Notes under the pieces: generated by a model
The model's input: the letters and a program-made list of their open reading frames with translations, nothing else
Told to the model about the DNA's origin: nothing
Databases searched by the model: none
Program-made: the position numbers and the translations under genes
Part shown: in pieces, positions 6,633-14,618 of the stretch
How the letters are laid out: each line of letters starts with the position of its first letter
Position numbering within the stretch: position 1 is the stretch's first letter
Origin: Archangium sp.
GTDB lineage: Bacteria; Myxococcota; Myxococcia; Myxococcales; Myxococcaceae
Length of the DNA: 23,904 bases
Direction of reading: 5' to 3'
Assembly: GCA_031367385.1 (NCBI GenBank)
Contig: JANLPS010000360.1
Coordinates: 1-23,904, forward strand

Positions 6633-8303
6633 ATGACATTTTTCAAGCAGCTGGCAGTGGTGCTCGGCCTCGCGTTCGTCGGCGCGGGCTGCCTCGACCT
6701 CGATGACAAGAACTACCGATTTCCCGCTGAAGGCGCCGGCGGTGGCTCGGGTGGCGGCGCAGGCGGCGGTACTGGTGGCGGCGCGACCGGCGGCGGTACC
6801 GGCGGTGGGGGTGGCAAGCGCGACGGCGGCACCGGCGGAGGCCTCGGTGGCGGGAGTGGCGGCGGCACCGGTGGCGGGGGTGGTAGCCTGCCCGACGGCG
6901 GCTTTGGCGGTGGTGGCGGCCCCCTCGATGGGTGCCTGGTCATCACGCCGAACCCGGTCGACCTGGGCACGATCAAACGCGGCTGCAACTCACCGTCGAG
7001 GCGCTTCGTCGTCTACAACACCTGCGCGAGCACCCGATCGGTGACCCTGCGCGCGATTGCGTTCACCAGCAGCGCCGGCGAGCCCGCGGGCGGCCCCAAC
7101 TGCGCGGGCGGCGCGGCGTGCCCCGAGTTCTTTCTCACCGAGACCCCGAGCATTCCCACTGGGGGTCTGGTGCTCAAGAGCGGCGGCGCATCGGTCGCCT
7201 TTCAAGCCAAGTACGCGCCGATCAACCTCGGCACCGACCTGGGCGACCTCGCCGTCACCACCACCGAAGACGGCAAAGACCTCAGCTACCCCGTGCACTT
7301 GCGCGCGACCGGCGACACCGGCGGCGATCAAGTCGATACGTTCGTGCAAATCGGCCAAGCCAAGGCCGACGTGCTGCTGGTGGTCGACGATTCTGGCTCG
7401 ATGGAAGACAAGCAGATCAACCTCGCCAACAACTTCGCCGCCTTCATGCAGTACGCCACCAGTGCGAGCGTCGACTTTCAAATCGGCGTCACCAGCACCA
7501 CCGTCTCGAACGATGCCGTCGCCGACGCGGGGTGCCTCCCCGTCTTCGGCTGTACCGGTTTCCCCGGGTCATCTTCACTCGCGCCGGGCGGCCGGCTCTA
7601 TCGCAACGCCGACGCCGGCATCGACCCCATCTTGACGCCCCGCTCGCACAACCCGCAGGCCACCTTCAGCGCGATGGTCAAGCTGGGCACCGCAGGGAGC
7701 GGCATCGAGGAGGGCTTGGAGACCGCCACCCTGGCGTTGACTGAACCGTTGCGCAGCCGCGAGAACAAGGGGTTCGTGCGCAGCGACGCCAACCTGGCCA
7801 TCGTCATCGTCTCAGACGCGAGCGACCAGTCGCCGCAAGCGATCAGCTACTACCAAGACCTGCTGGTCAACGTGAAGGGCGTCAACAACCGCAGCAAGTT
7901 CACCTTCAATCACATCGGCCCCTACCTCATGACCGCGCCGACCAACTGCCCCTACGACACCGACAACGACCCGGCCCGGTACAAGGCGATGGTCGACTTC
8001 ACCTCGGGCGTCTCGGCTGAAATCTGCTCAGCCGATTGGGCCGCTCCACTCACCCGCCTGGGCGACATCGCGTTCGGCTTTCGCACCGAGTTCTTTCTCA
8101 ACGGCGTGCCCGACCTGACCCACGGCAACACCCTGACGGTGCGCCGCAACGGGGGCCTGCAGGCGCTCGCGTTGACCTGCCCGACGAACAGCCAGAGCGT
8201 GGTGTGCTTCGACTCGAAGTCGAACTCGATTCGTTTCGACACCGCCTCGGCCCCCAAAGGCGGAGACACCATCACCGTCAGCTACTCGACCGGCTGCCTC
8301 TAA
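6633..8303 (+). CDS. von Willebrand factor A domain lipoprotein with Gly-rich linker and Ig-like domain
   Basis: Lipobox-like VGAGC; Gly-rich tether; beta-rich Cys-containing domain (ITPNPVDLG...); MIDAS DVLLVVDDSGSM, GSGIEEGL and IVSDASDQS. Begins 15 nt after the TPR gene. Confidence 0.85.
   Translation: MTFFKQLAVVLGLAFVGAGCLDLDDKNYRFPAEGAGGGSGGGAGGGTGGGATGGGTGGGGGKRDGGTGGGLGGGSGGGTGGGGGSLPDGGFGGGGGPLDGCLVITPNPVDLGTIKRGCNSPSRRFVVYNTCASTRSVTLRAIAFTSSAGEPAGGPNCAGGAACPEFFLTETPSIPTGGLVLKSGGASVAFQAKYAPINLGTDLGDLAVTTTEDGKDLSYPVHLRATGDTGGDQVDTFVQIGQAKADVLLVVDDSGSMEDKQINLANNFAAFMQYATSASVDFQIGVTSTTVSNDAVADAGCLPVFGCTGFPGSSSLAPGGRLYRNADAGIDPILTPRSHNPQATFSAMVKLGTAGSGIEEGLETATLALTEPLRSRENKGFVRSDANLAIVIVSDASDQSPQAISYYQDLLVNVKGVNNRSKFTFNHIGPYLMTAPTNCPYDTDNDPARYKAMVDFTSGVSAEICSADWAAPLTRLGDIAFGFRTEFFLNGVPDLTHGNTLTVRRNGGLQALALTCPTNSQSVVCFDSKSNSIRFDTASAPKGGDTITVSYSTGCL
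6733..6920 (+). repeat. Low-complexity GGC/GGT-rich coding repeat (GGGTGGG-type linker)
   Basis: Repeated ggcggcaccggcggt-like units encoding a Gly/Thr/Ser tether after the lipoprotein Cys. A similar tract lies at about 17700-17822. Confidence 0.8.
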
Positions 8304-8310
8304 CGCCGTA

Positions 8311-10074
8311 CTAGAGCGGCCGGGCCCGGTGGAGCGCGTCGGCCAGCGCGTCGAGGGTGATGGGCTTGCTCAAGAAGTCATTGACCCCGGCGGCCTTGGC
8401 CGAGGTCTTGTCTTCGTCCATCGCGTTGGCGCTCAGGGCGATGATGGTGGGCTGAGAAATCAACTGCTCGCGAATCAGCCGGGTGGCCTCGATGCCGTCC
8501 ATCACCGGCATCTGAATGTCCATCAGCACCACGTCCCACGGCGTGGTCTTCAGCTGGGCCAACGCTTCGGCGCCATTGTTCACCACCAGGCAGACCACGC
8601 CCAGCCGCTCGAGCAAGCGCTCGGCGACCTTCTGGTTGACGCGGTTGTCTTCGGCGATCAACACCCGCAGGCCTTCGAGCGGCTTGGCCGGCTTGACCCC
8701 CGCCCTTGGCGTCATCGCCCCCGCGGTGCGCGGCTGGTCGGCGTCGTAGCGGAGCGTCGCGGTAAAGGTGCTGCCCTGGCCCAGCTCGCTGGCCACGGTC
8801 ACCTCGCCCTGGTGCAGCTCGCACAGGCGCTTGACGATGGCGAGGCCCAGGCCGGTGCCACCGAAGCGGCGGGTGGCCGAGGGGTCGACCTGGGTGAAGG
8901 CCACGAAGAGGGCCGAGCACTGCTCGGCGGTCATGCCGATGCCGCTGTCTGTGACCTCGATGCTGAGCGCGGGCACGTGCCAGCGCAGGGTTACCCGCAC
9001 CTCGCCGCGGTCGGTGAACTTGAGCGAGTTGCCGATGAGGTTGGTCAGCACCTGGGTCAGCCGGAGCGGGTCTCCGAGCAGGGTGTCGGGCAGGTCGGGG
9101 CCCGCGTGAAAGCGCAGCTCGATGTGTTTGGCCACTGCCTTGGGCGTGAGCAAGCGCTCGAGCTGCGCCATCACGTCGCGCGGCGAGAACGCGACCCGGT
9201 CGAGCCGCATCGCGCCCGCTTCTATCTTGCTCAAGTCGAGCAGGTCATCGAGCAGCACCAGCAGGCCGTTCGATGATTCACGCACCGTCTCGAGGTAGTC
9301 GCGGTGCGCCGGGTTCAGCTGGTCGCGGAGCATCAGGTCGGTGAGCCCCACCACTGCGTTCATCGGCGTTCGCAGCTCATGGCTCATGTTGGCGAGAAAC
9401 GCGGTCTTGACCCGGGTGCCCTCGAGCGCCGCGTCGTACGAACGGCTGAGCTCTTTCTGAGCATGCGAGCGCAGCTTCACTTCGGTCTCGAGCAACGCCG
9501 CGGTTCGTTCGAAGTCGTGCCGCTCGGCCTCGCGGGCCCGCATCGCCGCGCGAAATTGATGGTGCATCCACGCTCCGGCGAAGGCCGCCATCGCGATGGT
9601 GACGACCGAGCCGACCCCCACCTGCCAGGTGCTCTGCGCGGGCAGCTGCGGCAAGCGACCGCTGACCTCGAGCAGCACGAGGGCCGCACCCACAGAGGCC
9701 GCGCCGAGCGAGGCGATCACCGCGCCCCCGACGCCGAACATCAGCGCTGCGGCGTAGACGATTGAAATGGAGCTGAAGTAGCTCGCGCTGCGAATGCCGC
9801 CGCTCTCGAGGCTGCTGACGAAGCAGAGCCCGAGCAACCCGATGAAACAGATCCACGTGACGTGGCGCAGCGAGGCGGCGCGCACCAGCTGGGTCAGGGT
9901 GAGGAGCACCATCGCCCACCCCGCCACCCACATCACCACGCCCCAGCGTTGGTTGAGGGCGGCCACCAGCAGCGACGAGGCCGAGGTGCTCGCAACCGCA
10001 ATCAACAACAGGCTTTTTATCAGGCGCCGCGCCTGATCGTCATTCTTGAGATCGCCTGAGAAAAAGAGCTCCAC
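8311..10074 (-). CDS. Membrane-bound hybrid sensor histidine kinase/response regulator (HisKA-HATPase-REC)
   Basis: About 5-6 N-terminal TM helices; H-box FLANMSHELRTPMN; N-box QVLTNLIGNSLKFT; G1 DSGIGM; G2 GGTGLGLAI; REC domain AEDN...VLMDIQMPVMDG...KP. Confidence 0.95.
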   Translation of the reverse strand: MELFFSGDLKNDDQARRLIKSLLLIAVASTSASSLLVAALNQRWGVVMWVAGWAMVLLTLTQLVRAASLRHVTWICFIGLLGLCFVSSLESGGIRSASYFSSISIVYAAALMFGVGGAVIASLGAASVGAALVLLEVSGRLPQLPAQSTWQVGVGSVVTIAMAAFAGAWMHHQFRAAMRAREAERHDFERTAALLETEVKLRSHAQKELSRSYDAALEGTRVKTAFLANMSHELRTPMNAVVGLTDLMLRDQLNPAHRDYLETVRESSNGLLVLLDDLLDLSKIEAGAMRLDRVAFSPRDVMAQLERLLTPKAVAKHIELRFHAGPDLPDTLLGDPLRLTQVLTNLIGNSLKFTDRGEVRVTLRWHVPALSIEVTDSGIGMTAEQCSALFVAFTQVDPSATRRFGGTGLGLAIVKRLCELHQGEVTVASELGQGSTFTATLRYDADQPRTAGAMTPRAGVKPAKPLEGLRVLIAEDNRVNQKVAERLLERLGVVCLVVNNGAEALAQLKTTPWDVVLMDIQMPVMDGIEATRLIREQLISQPTIIALSANAMDEDKTSAKAAGVNDFLSKPITLDALADALHRARPL

Positions 10075-10198
10075 GGGGTTGTTCTAGACCGTAACTGCCC
10101 CGGCCCTGGTGATCACGCTGCAGTCGCGTTGAACCGCTTACGTCTCACCACACGCAGTTTGGTTGGTTCTGGGCAGAGGGGAGATTACTGTTCGCGCC

Positions 10199-10690
10199 GT
10201 GTCTGACTCCATGAGTGAGTTGTTGGTGCGTTTTCGCCGTGACCCCGGCACGAGGGTCGCGTTCGCCTGCCCGGTGCTGATCTGGGAGGCCCCCGCCACC
10301 ACCGGCGGCGAGCACTGGGAGCGCACCCGGGGTCACAACGTCGCAACGCCGCTCGCCGGCGACCCTCGCGTGTTTCGGGTCGAGAAGGGCGCCAAGGCCA
10401 ACAACGCCTTCGCCTTTGGCGTCACGTTGGGTCGGGTCGACACCAACGACCTGGTGCTCGAAGACGATTCGGTCAGCCGCTTTCACGCCTTTCTGAAGCT
10501 CGATGAGCGCACCCAGACGTGGATGCTGACCGACGCCGAGTCGAAGAACGGCACCTGGCTCGACGGCAAGAAGGTCGAGCCCAACCAGGGCGTGGCGGTC
10601 AAAGACGCCTCGCTCCTCAAGTTCGGTGACGCAACGCTCAAGTTTCTACTCCCAGCGTCATTCAAGAAGCTCATCGACGCCGCGATGTGA
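10199..10690 (+). CDS. FHA domain-containing protein
   Basis: FHA motifs TLGRVDTNDLV, SVSRFHA and DAESKNGTWLDG. GTG 10199 chosen because TACTGT lies 7 nt upstream; ATG 10211 is an alternative. Confidence 0.9.
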   Translation: MSDSMSELLVRFRRDPGTRVAFACPVLIWEAPATTGGEHWERTRGHNVATPLAGDPRVFRVEKGAKANNAFAFGVTLGRVDTNDLVLEDDSVSRFHAFLKLDERTQTWMLTDAESKNGTWLDGKKVEPNQGVAVKDASLLKFGDATLKFLLPASFKKLIDAAM

Positions 10691-10742
10691 GTCTGTGTAG
10701 GGCTATCGACGGCTCTGGCCATCATGCTAGGTGCTCGCGCCG

Positions 10743-12704
10743 ATGCGCTTCTCCCGATGGGTCTTCGTGTCGCTGGTGTTTCTCTGTACCGCCCTCGTCA
10801 TGGGCTCTGGGTGTGGGCCCGGGGCAGAGCTTTCGCTCAGAGCCGACGACGACTCGACGCAAGGTGCGCGCGCGCTCAAGGGCACGGGGTTGCGCCTGAT
10901 GACCGGCAACCTGAGCAGCGGCAACGGCCAGAGCTACACCCCGGGGCAGGGCGCCCGAATTTTTCAAGGCTGTCACCCCGACGTGGTGCTGATTCAGGAG
11001 TTCAACTACGGCAACGACAGCCCGACCGACATGCGGGCCTTCGTCGACGCGACCTTCGGCACCAGTTTCTCGTACGTGCGCGGAGCCGCCACCCAAATTC
11101 CCAATGGCGTCATCAGCCGCTACCCCATCATCGCCAGCGGAGATTGGGACGACCCGAAGACCACCAACCGCGAGCTGACCTGGGCGCACATCGACCTCCC
11201 GGGGCCCAATGACCTGTGGGCGGTGAGCGTGCACCTGCTGACCTCGGGCGCGGCAGAGCGCCAGAGCGAAGCCACGGCGCTGGTGAAATACCTGCAGGCG
11301 AACGTGCCGGCGAATGATTACGTGGTCATCGGCGGCGACTTCAACGTCGGCTCGCGAACTGAAGGCGCGGTGAAGACCCTCGACTCGACGGTGGTGACGA
11401 CGGGCCCGTGGCCGGTCGATGCCAAGGGCAACGGCAACACCAACGCGGGGCGAAACAAGCCGTACGACTGGGTGCTGGTCAGCCCGGGCCTCTCGGCGTT
11501 GGCGGTGCCGACCGTGATTGGCAGCCACACGTTCAATGACGGCTTCGTGGCCGACACGCGGGTTTTTACGCCCATCGCCGAGCTCGCTCCCGCGCTGGCG
11601 AGCGATTCGTCGGCGCCGAGCATGCAGCACATGGGCGTGGTGCGTGACTTCGACCTGGGGGTGGTGGTGCAGCCGCCCGACGCGTCGGTGAGCGTGACGT
11701 CTCCCAATGGGGGCGAAGTGCTCACCGTGGGAGCGACCCAGACGATTACCTGGCAGAGCACCAACGTGTCGGCGGTGAACGTGGCGTACGCGGCCGATGG
11801 AGCGGGCTTCGTGACGGTGGCCTCGAACGTCTCGGCCGCGCTGGGCTCGGTGAGCTGGCAGGTGCCGGGGCCGGCGACGAGCAAGGGCGTCATCGCGATC
11901 ACCGACGCGGCGAACGCGGCGACGAGCGACCGGTCAGATGCGGCGTTCACCGTGCACGCAGCGGCCTCGCTGCACCTCGATTCTCCGAATGGGGGCGAAG
12001 TGCTGGCAGCCTCGTCGACGCAGAGCATCACCTGGTCGTCGGTGGGCGTGAGCACGGTCGACGTCGCGTACGCGGCCGATGGCGTGACCTTCACCCGCGT
12101 GGCGAGCGGAGTGCCGGCGAGTACTGGCACCCTCGCGTGGGTGGTGCCGTCGGCGCCGACGACCTCAGCGCGGGTGCGGGTCTCAGACGCAGCGACCGGC
12201 ACGCTCAGCGATGTGTCTGACGGCGCATTCACGGTGACCGTGGCCACGGCGGCGGCGCAGCTCATCATCAACGAAGTGTTGGCCAACGAGCCCGGCAGCG
12301 ACCCGGCTGGAGAATTCGTCGAGCTGGTCAACGTGGGTGGGCAAGCGGCTGACCTCTCGGGGTGGACGCTCTCTGACGCGAGCACCGTGCGGCACACCTT
12401 CGCGGCGGGCAGCGCGCTGGCGGCGGGGGCGAGGCTGGTGGTGTTCGGCAAGCTGACCGCAGCTCCAGCGGGCCTCACCGCGGTTGGCGCCTCGACGGGC
12501 ACGTTGGGGCTGACCAACGGCGGCGACTCGGTGAAGTTGGCTGACCAGCGCGGGGCGAGTGTCGATGCCGTCACCTATGCGGCGTCGCTGGCCTCAGTCG
12601 ATGGCGTGTCGATGAATCGTTCGCCCGACCGCACGGCCGGGGCGACGTTCGTGCTGCACACGCAGCTCTCGAGCGCGTCGAGCTCACCGGGCACCGCTCC
12701 GTAA
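10743..12704 (+). CDS. Exported endonuclease/exonuclease/phosphatase (EEP) family protein with two Ig-like repeats and C-terminal lamin-tail domain
   Basis: Signal or lipoprotein N-terminus (...VMGSGC); EEP motifs MTGNL, DVVLIQE, SVHL, GGDFN, PYDWV, QHMGV; two SPNGGE repeats; LTD motifs IINEVLANEPG...EFVEL...DLSGWTLSD...LTNGGDSVKL. Confidence 0.9.
   Translation: MRFSRWVFVSLVFLCTALVMGSGCGPGAELSLRADDDSTQGARALKGTGLRLMTGNLSSGNGQSYTPGQGARIFQGCHPDVVLIQEFNYGNDSPTDMRAFVDATFGTSFSYVRGAATQIPNGVISRYPIIASGDWDDPKTTNRELTWAHIDLPGPNDLWAVSVHLLTSGAAERQSEATALVKYLQANVPANDYVVIGGDFNVGSRTEGAVKTLDSTVVTTGPWPVDAKGNGNTNAGRNKPYDWVLVSPGLSALAVPTVIGSHTFNDGFVADTRVFTPIAELAPALASDSSAPSMQHMGVVRDFDLGVVVQPPDASVSVTSPNGGEVLTVGATQTITWQSTNVSAVNVAYAADGAGFVTVASNVSAALGSVSWQVPGPATSKGVIAITDAANAATSDRSDAAFTVHAAASLHLDSPNGGEVLAASSTQSITWSSVGVSTVDVAYAADGVTFTRVASGVPASTGTLAWVVPSAPTTSARVRVSDAATGTLSDVSDGAFTVTVATAAAQLIINEVLANEPGSDPAGEFVELVNVGGQAADLSGWTLSDASTVRHTFAAGSALAAGARLVVFGKLTAAPAGLTAVGASTGTLGLTNGGDSVKLADQRGASVDAVTYAASLASVDGVSMNRSPDRTAGATFVLHTQLSSASSSPGTAP
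11685..12236 (+). repeat. Intragenic tandem duplication of a ~90-aa SPNGGE Ig-like domain (period 282 nt)
   Basis: tctcc(c/g)aatgggggcgaagtgct at 11700 and 11982, and gcgtacgcggccgatgg at 11784 and 12066. Both pairs are offset by exactly 282 nt. Confidence 0.9.
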
Positions 12705-12706
12705 CG

Positions 12707-13162
12707 CTACGCCAGCCCTTGGGGCTTCTCGTTCGGCACCGCCTGAATCACGATTTGCATGCCGTGGCGGCCCAGGTCTTCGAGCTGCTCGCGCTCACCC
12801 GGTGACAGATACACCGATCGCGACACCGCGCTGCGCCCCGGAGCCGCGTGCACGTTGCCCAGGTTCAACAAGCCATCAGGCAACCCGTGCTCGCGCCCCG
12901 ATACCACGCCCGACACATCGCGAAAGAGCACCATCGTTCGCACCGCGTCGGCGGCGAGGCCCACGAAGTCGACCAGGCCGATGCGCTGGGTGACGATCTC
13001 AACCGAAGACGGTACGGCCAGCCCCATCGCAGCCTTGGCGAAGTCGTCGACCGCGGTCTCGTCGTCGGCAACCACCACGCGCCGCACGTTTAGATACGGC
13101 AGCCAGGCCTCGATGACCTGACCGTGAATCAGACGGCTGTCCACTCGGCTGAGCACGATCAC
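12707..13162 (-). CDS. PTS mannose/fructose/sorbose-family EIIB component
   Basis: N-terminal RVDSRLIHGQV with the conserved phospho-acceptor His, plus VVVADD and LNLGNVH...SVYLS. AGGAG lies upstream of GTG 13162. Confidence 0.92.
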   Translation of the reverse strand: MIVLSRVDSRLIHGQVIEAWLPYLNVRRVVVADDETAVDDFAKAAMGLAVPSSVEIVTQRIGLVDFVGLAADAVRTMVLFRDVSGVVSGREHGLPDGLLNLGNVHAAPGRSAVSRSVYLSPGEREQLEDLGRHGMQIVIQAVPNEKPQGLA

Positions 13163-13259
13163 GACGCGATGACTCCTGCCCCCCGGGTCGAAAGGTAACT
13201 CACCGGGCCCGCCACCATCAGGAAAAGCGCCATTCTCTCGGCTGTTTCAACCTGACAAG

Positions 13260-14618
13260 ATGCGCCCGCCCATGACCCGAGCCGCCTTGATTGCAGTGTG
13301 CCTGTCGGCCGCCGGCTGCGGAGTCGACAAGAGCGAGCTCTTTCTCTCCGCCGCTCCAGGGCAAATACAGGCGACTGGCCAGGCCACCACTGTCACCGTC
13401 GACGCGGTTGGCCCTTCGGGCGGGCCCGGTGAAGGCTCGGTCACGCTCGCCAACTCGGCCGGTGTGTTGAAAGAGACGACGTTGCCGCTGAGCGCTGGCT
13501 CGGCCCACACGACGTACTCGTGCCTGAGCAACTGCGGCAGCGCAGCCACCATCACCGCCACCTGGCGCGCTGGCTCGCGTACCGTCACGGCAGAGCTGCT
13601 CGTTCGCTTCGTCGCGCCCGGCACCGACGCCGGTCAGTCGGTCAAAGATGCTGGAGGCACCTCCTCAGATGCCGGGCCCTCGGCCGATGCCGGTCACGTG
13701 ACGCCCCCCGCAGCCGACGCTGGCGCTGATGCCGGCATGGCGCCCTTCGTCGCGGGCGACGCGGTGTTGATTGGCCTGGTCGATGGGCCGAATCACTTTG
13801 GCGTTCAGACCCTCGGCACCGACTCCGTCGCGTTGGGGTTCAGCGGCGCGCCTGATCAACTCGCACTCACCGCGCGAGGCCTCACGTACCGGCGAGGCGC
13901 GGCGGTCTTTCTGTTCGTCGCTGACCCGCTCGAGCTGGGCGTCGATGGTGGGTGGCAGAGCCCGGCGATGCCCGAGGCGAATGATCTGCCCGTCGAGAGC
14001 GAGTGCGCCGTCGACGCGGGCGTCGTGCGCTACGTGCCCGGCTCGGGCGACGAGCTGTGGTTCGTCTGCACTGACGGCTCGCTGCGGCGCAACCCCGGTG
14101 GCAACACGTACCCCTTGCTGCCCAGCGACGTCTTCATCAGCGGCAGCGCAGGCGTCGCGCTGCTCGCTCGAGACGGAGGCCTGGTGCTGCAAAGCGCGGC
14201 CGGCAATGTGACTCCGCTCGCCTGGGGCCTTGGCCTGACCCTGGGCAGCACCTCGACCCGCGCCGACCTGACCGGCTTCGAGTTCGCATACCCTGTCGAC
14301 GGCGGGTGCCGGGTCGGGCGCTCGAGCCTGGCAGGTGCCTTCACCGACTTGGGCCCGCTGGCCTCGGTACCCACGACCTACGAGCAGGCCCCGGGTATCT
14401 GCCTTGCGAGCCACCTCGAGAGCCACGCGAGAGACGCTGGCGTCACCGCGCTGCTGCCGGCCAAGAGCGCCGCCGATCAGACCTGGCTCTTGCTGCGCCG
14501 GGGCCCCGTGGGCACGACGCCGATTCTTCAGCTCTCGACGCAGCCGTCGAGCTTCGGCGACCCAATCGACCTGCACCTGCAGTCGGCCGCGGGCTTCGGC
14601 GTGGTGATTCGCCAATGA
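13260..14618 (+). CDS. Hypothetical lipoprotein (Ig-like N-domain, DAG-repeat linker, beta-rich C-domain)
   Basis: Lipobox-like LSAAGC and GC-rich third codon positions. Its stop overlaps the ptsI start (ATGA 14615-14618). The start may instead be ATG 13272. Confidence 0.75.
   Translation: MRPPMTRAALIAVCLSAAGCGVDKSELFLSAAPGQIQATGQATTVTVDAVGPSGGPGEGSVTLANSAGVLKETTLPLSAGSAHTTYSCLSNCGSAATITATWRAGSRTVTAELLVRFVAPGTDAGQSVKDAGGTSSDAGPSADAGHVTPPAADAGADAGMAPFVAGDAVLIGLVDGPNHFGVQTLGTDSVALGFSGAPDQLALTARGLTYRRGAAVFLFVADPLELGVDGGWQSPAMPEANDLPVESECAVDAGVVRYVPGSGDELWFVCTDGSLRRNPGGNTYPLLPSDVFISGSAGVALLARDGGLVLQSAAGNVTPLAWGLGLTLGSTSTRADLTGFEFAYPVDGGCRVGRSSLAGAFTDLGPLASVPTTYEQAPGICLASHLESHARDAGVTALLPAKSAADQTWLLLRRGPVGTTPILQLSTQPSSFGDPIDLHLQSAAGFGVVIRQ

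Noticed and set aside
6713..6988. Poly-proline minus-strand ORF
   Set aside because: It is the reverse complement of the Gly-rich linker of the vWA lipoprotein.
6633..8303. Assigning the gene symbol cglB
   Set aside because: It shares only the vWA-lipoprotein architecture. There is no gliding-motility gene context, so orthology cannot be supported.
11318..12574. 418-aa antisense ORF (and similar long shadows such as 14528-15778, 8329-9276, 13665-14651, 22810-23748)
   Set aside because: These are opposite-strand shadows of well-supported genes, expected in high-GC DNA. They show no recognisable motifs or translation signals.
14306..14614. 103-aa N-terminal extension of Enzyme I in the ORF track (690 aa)
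   Set aside because: It overlaps the upstream lipoprotein in another frame, is Arg/Pro-rich and has no GAF features. EI homology starts at MSATASYQGIGASPG, with an ATGA coupling at 14615.
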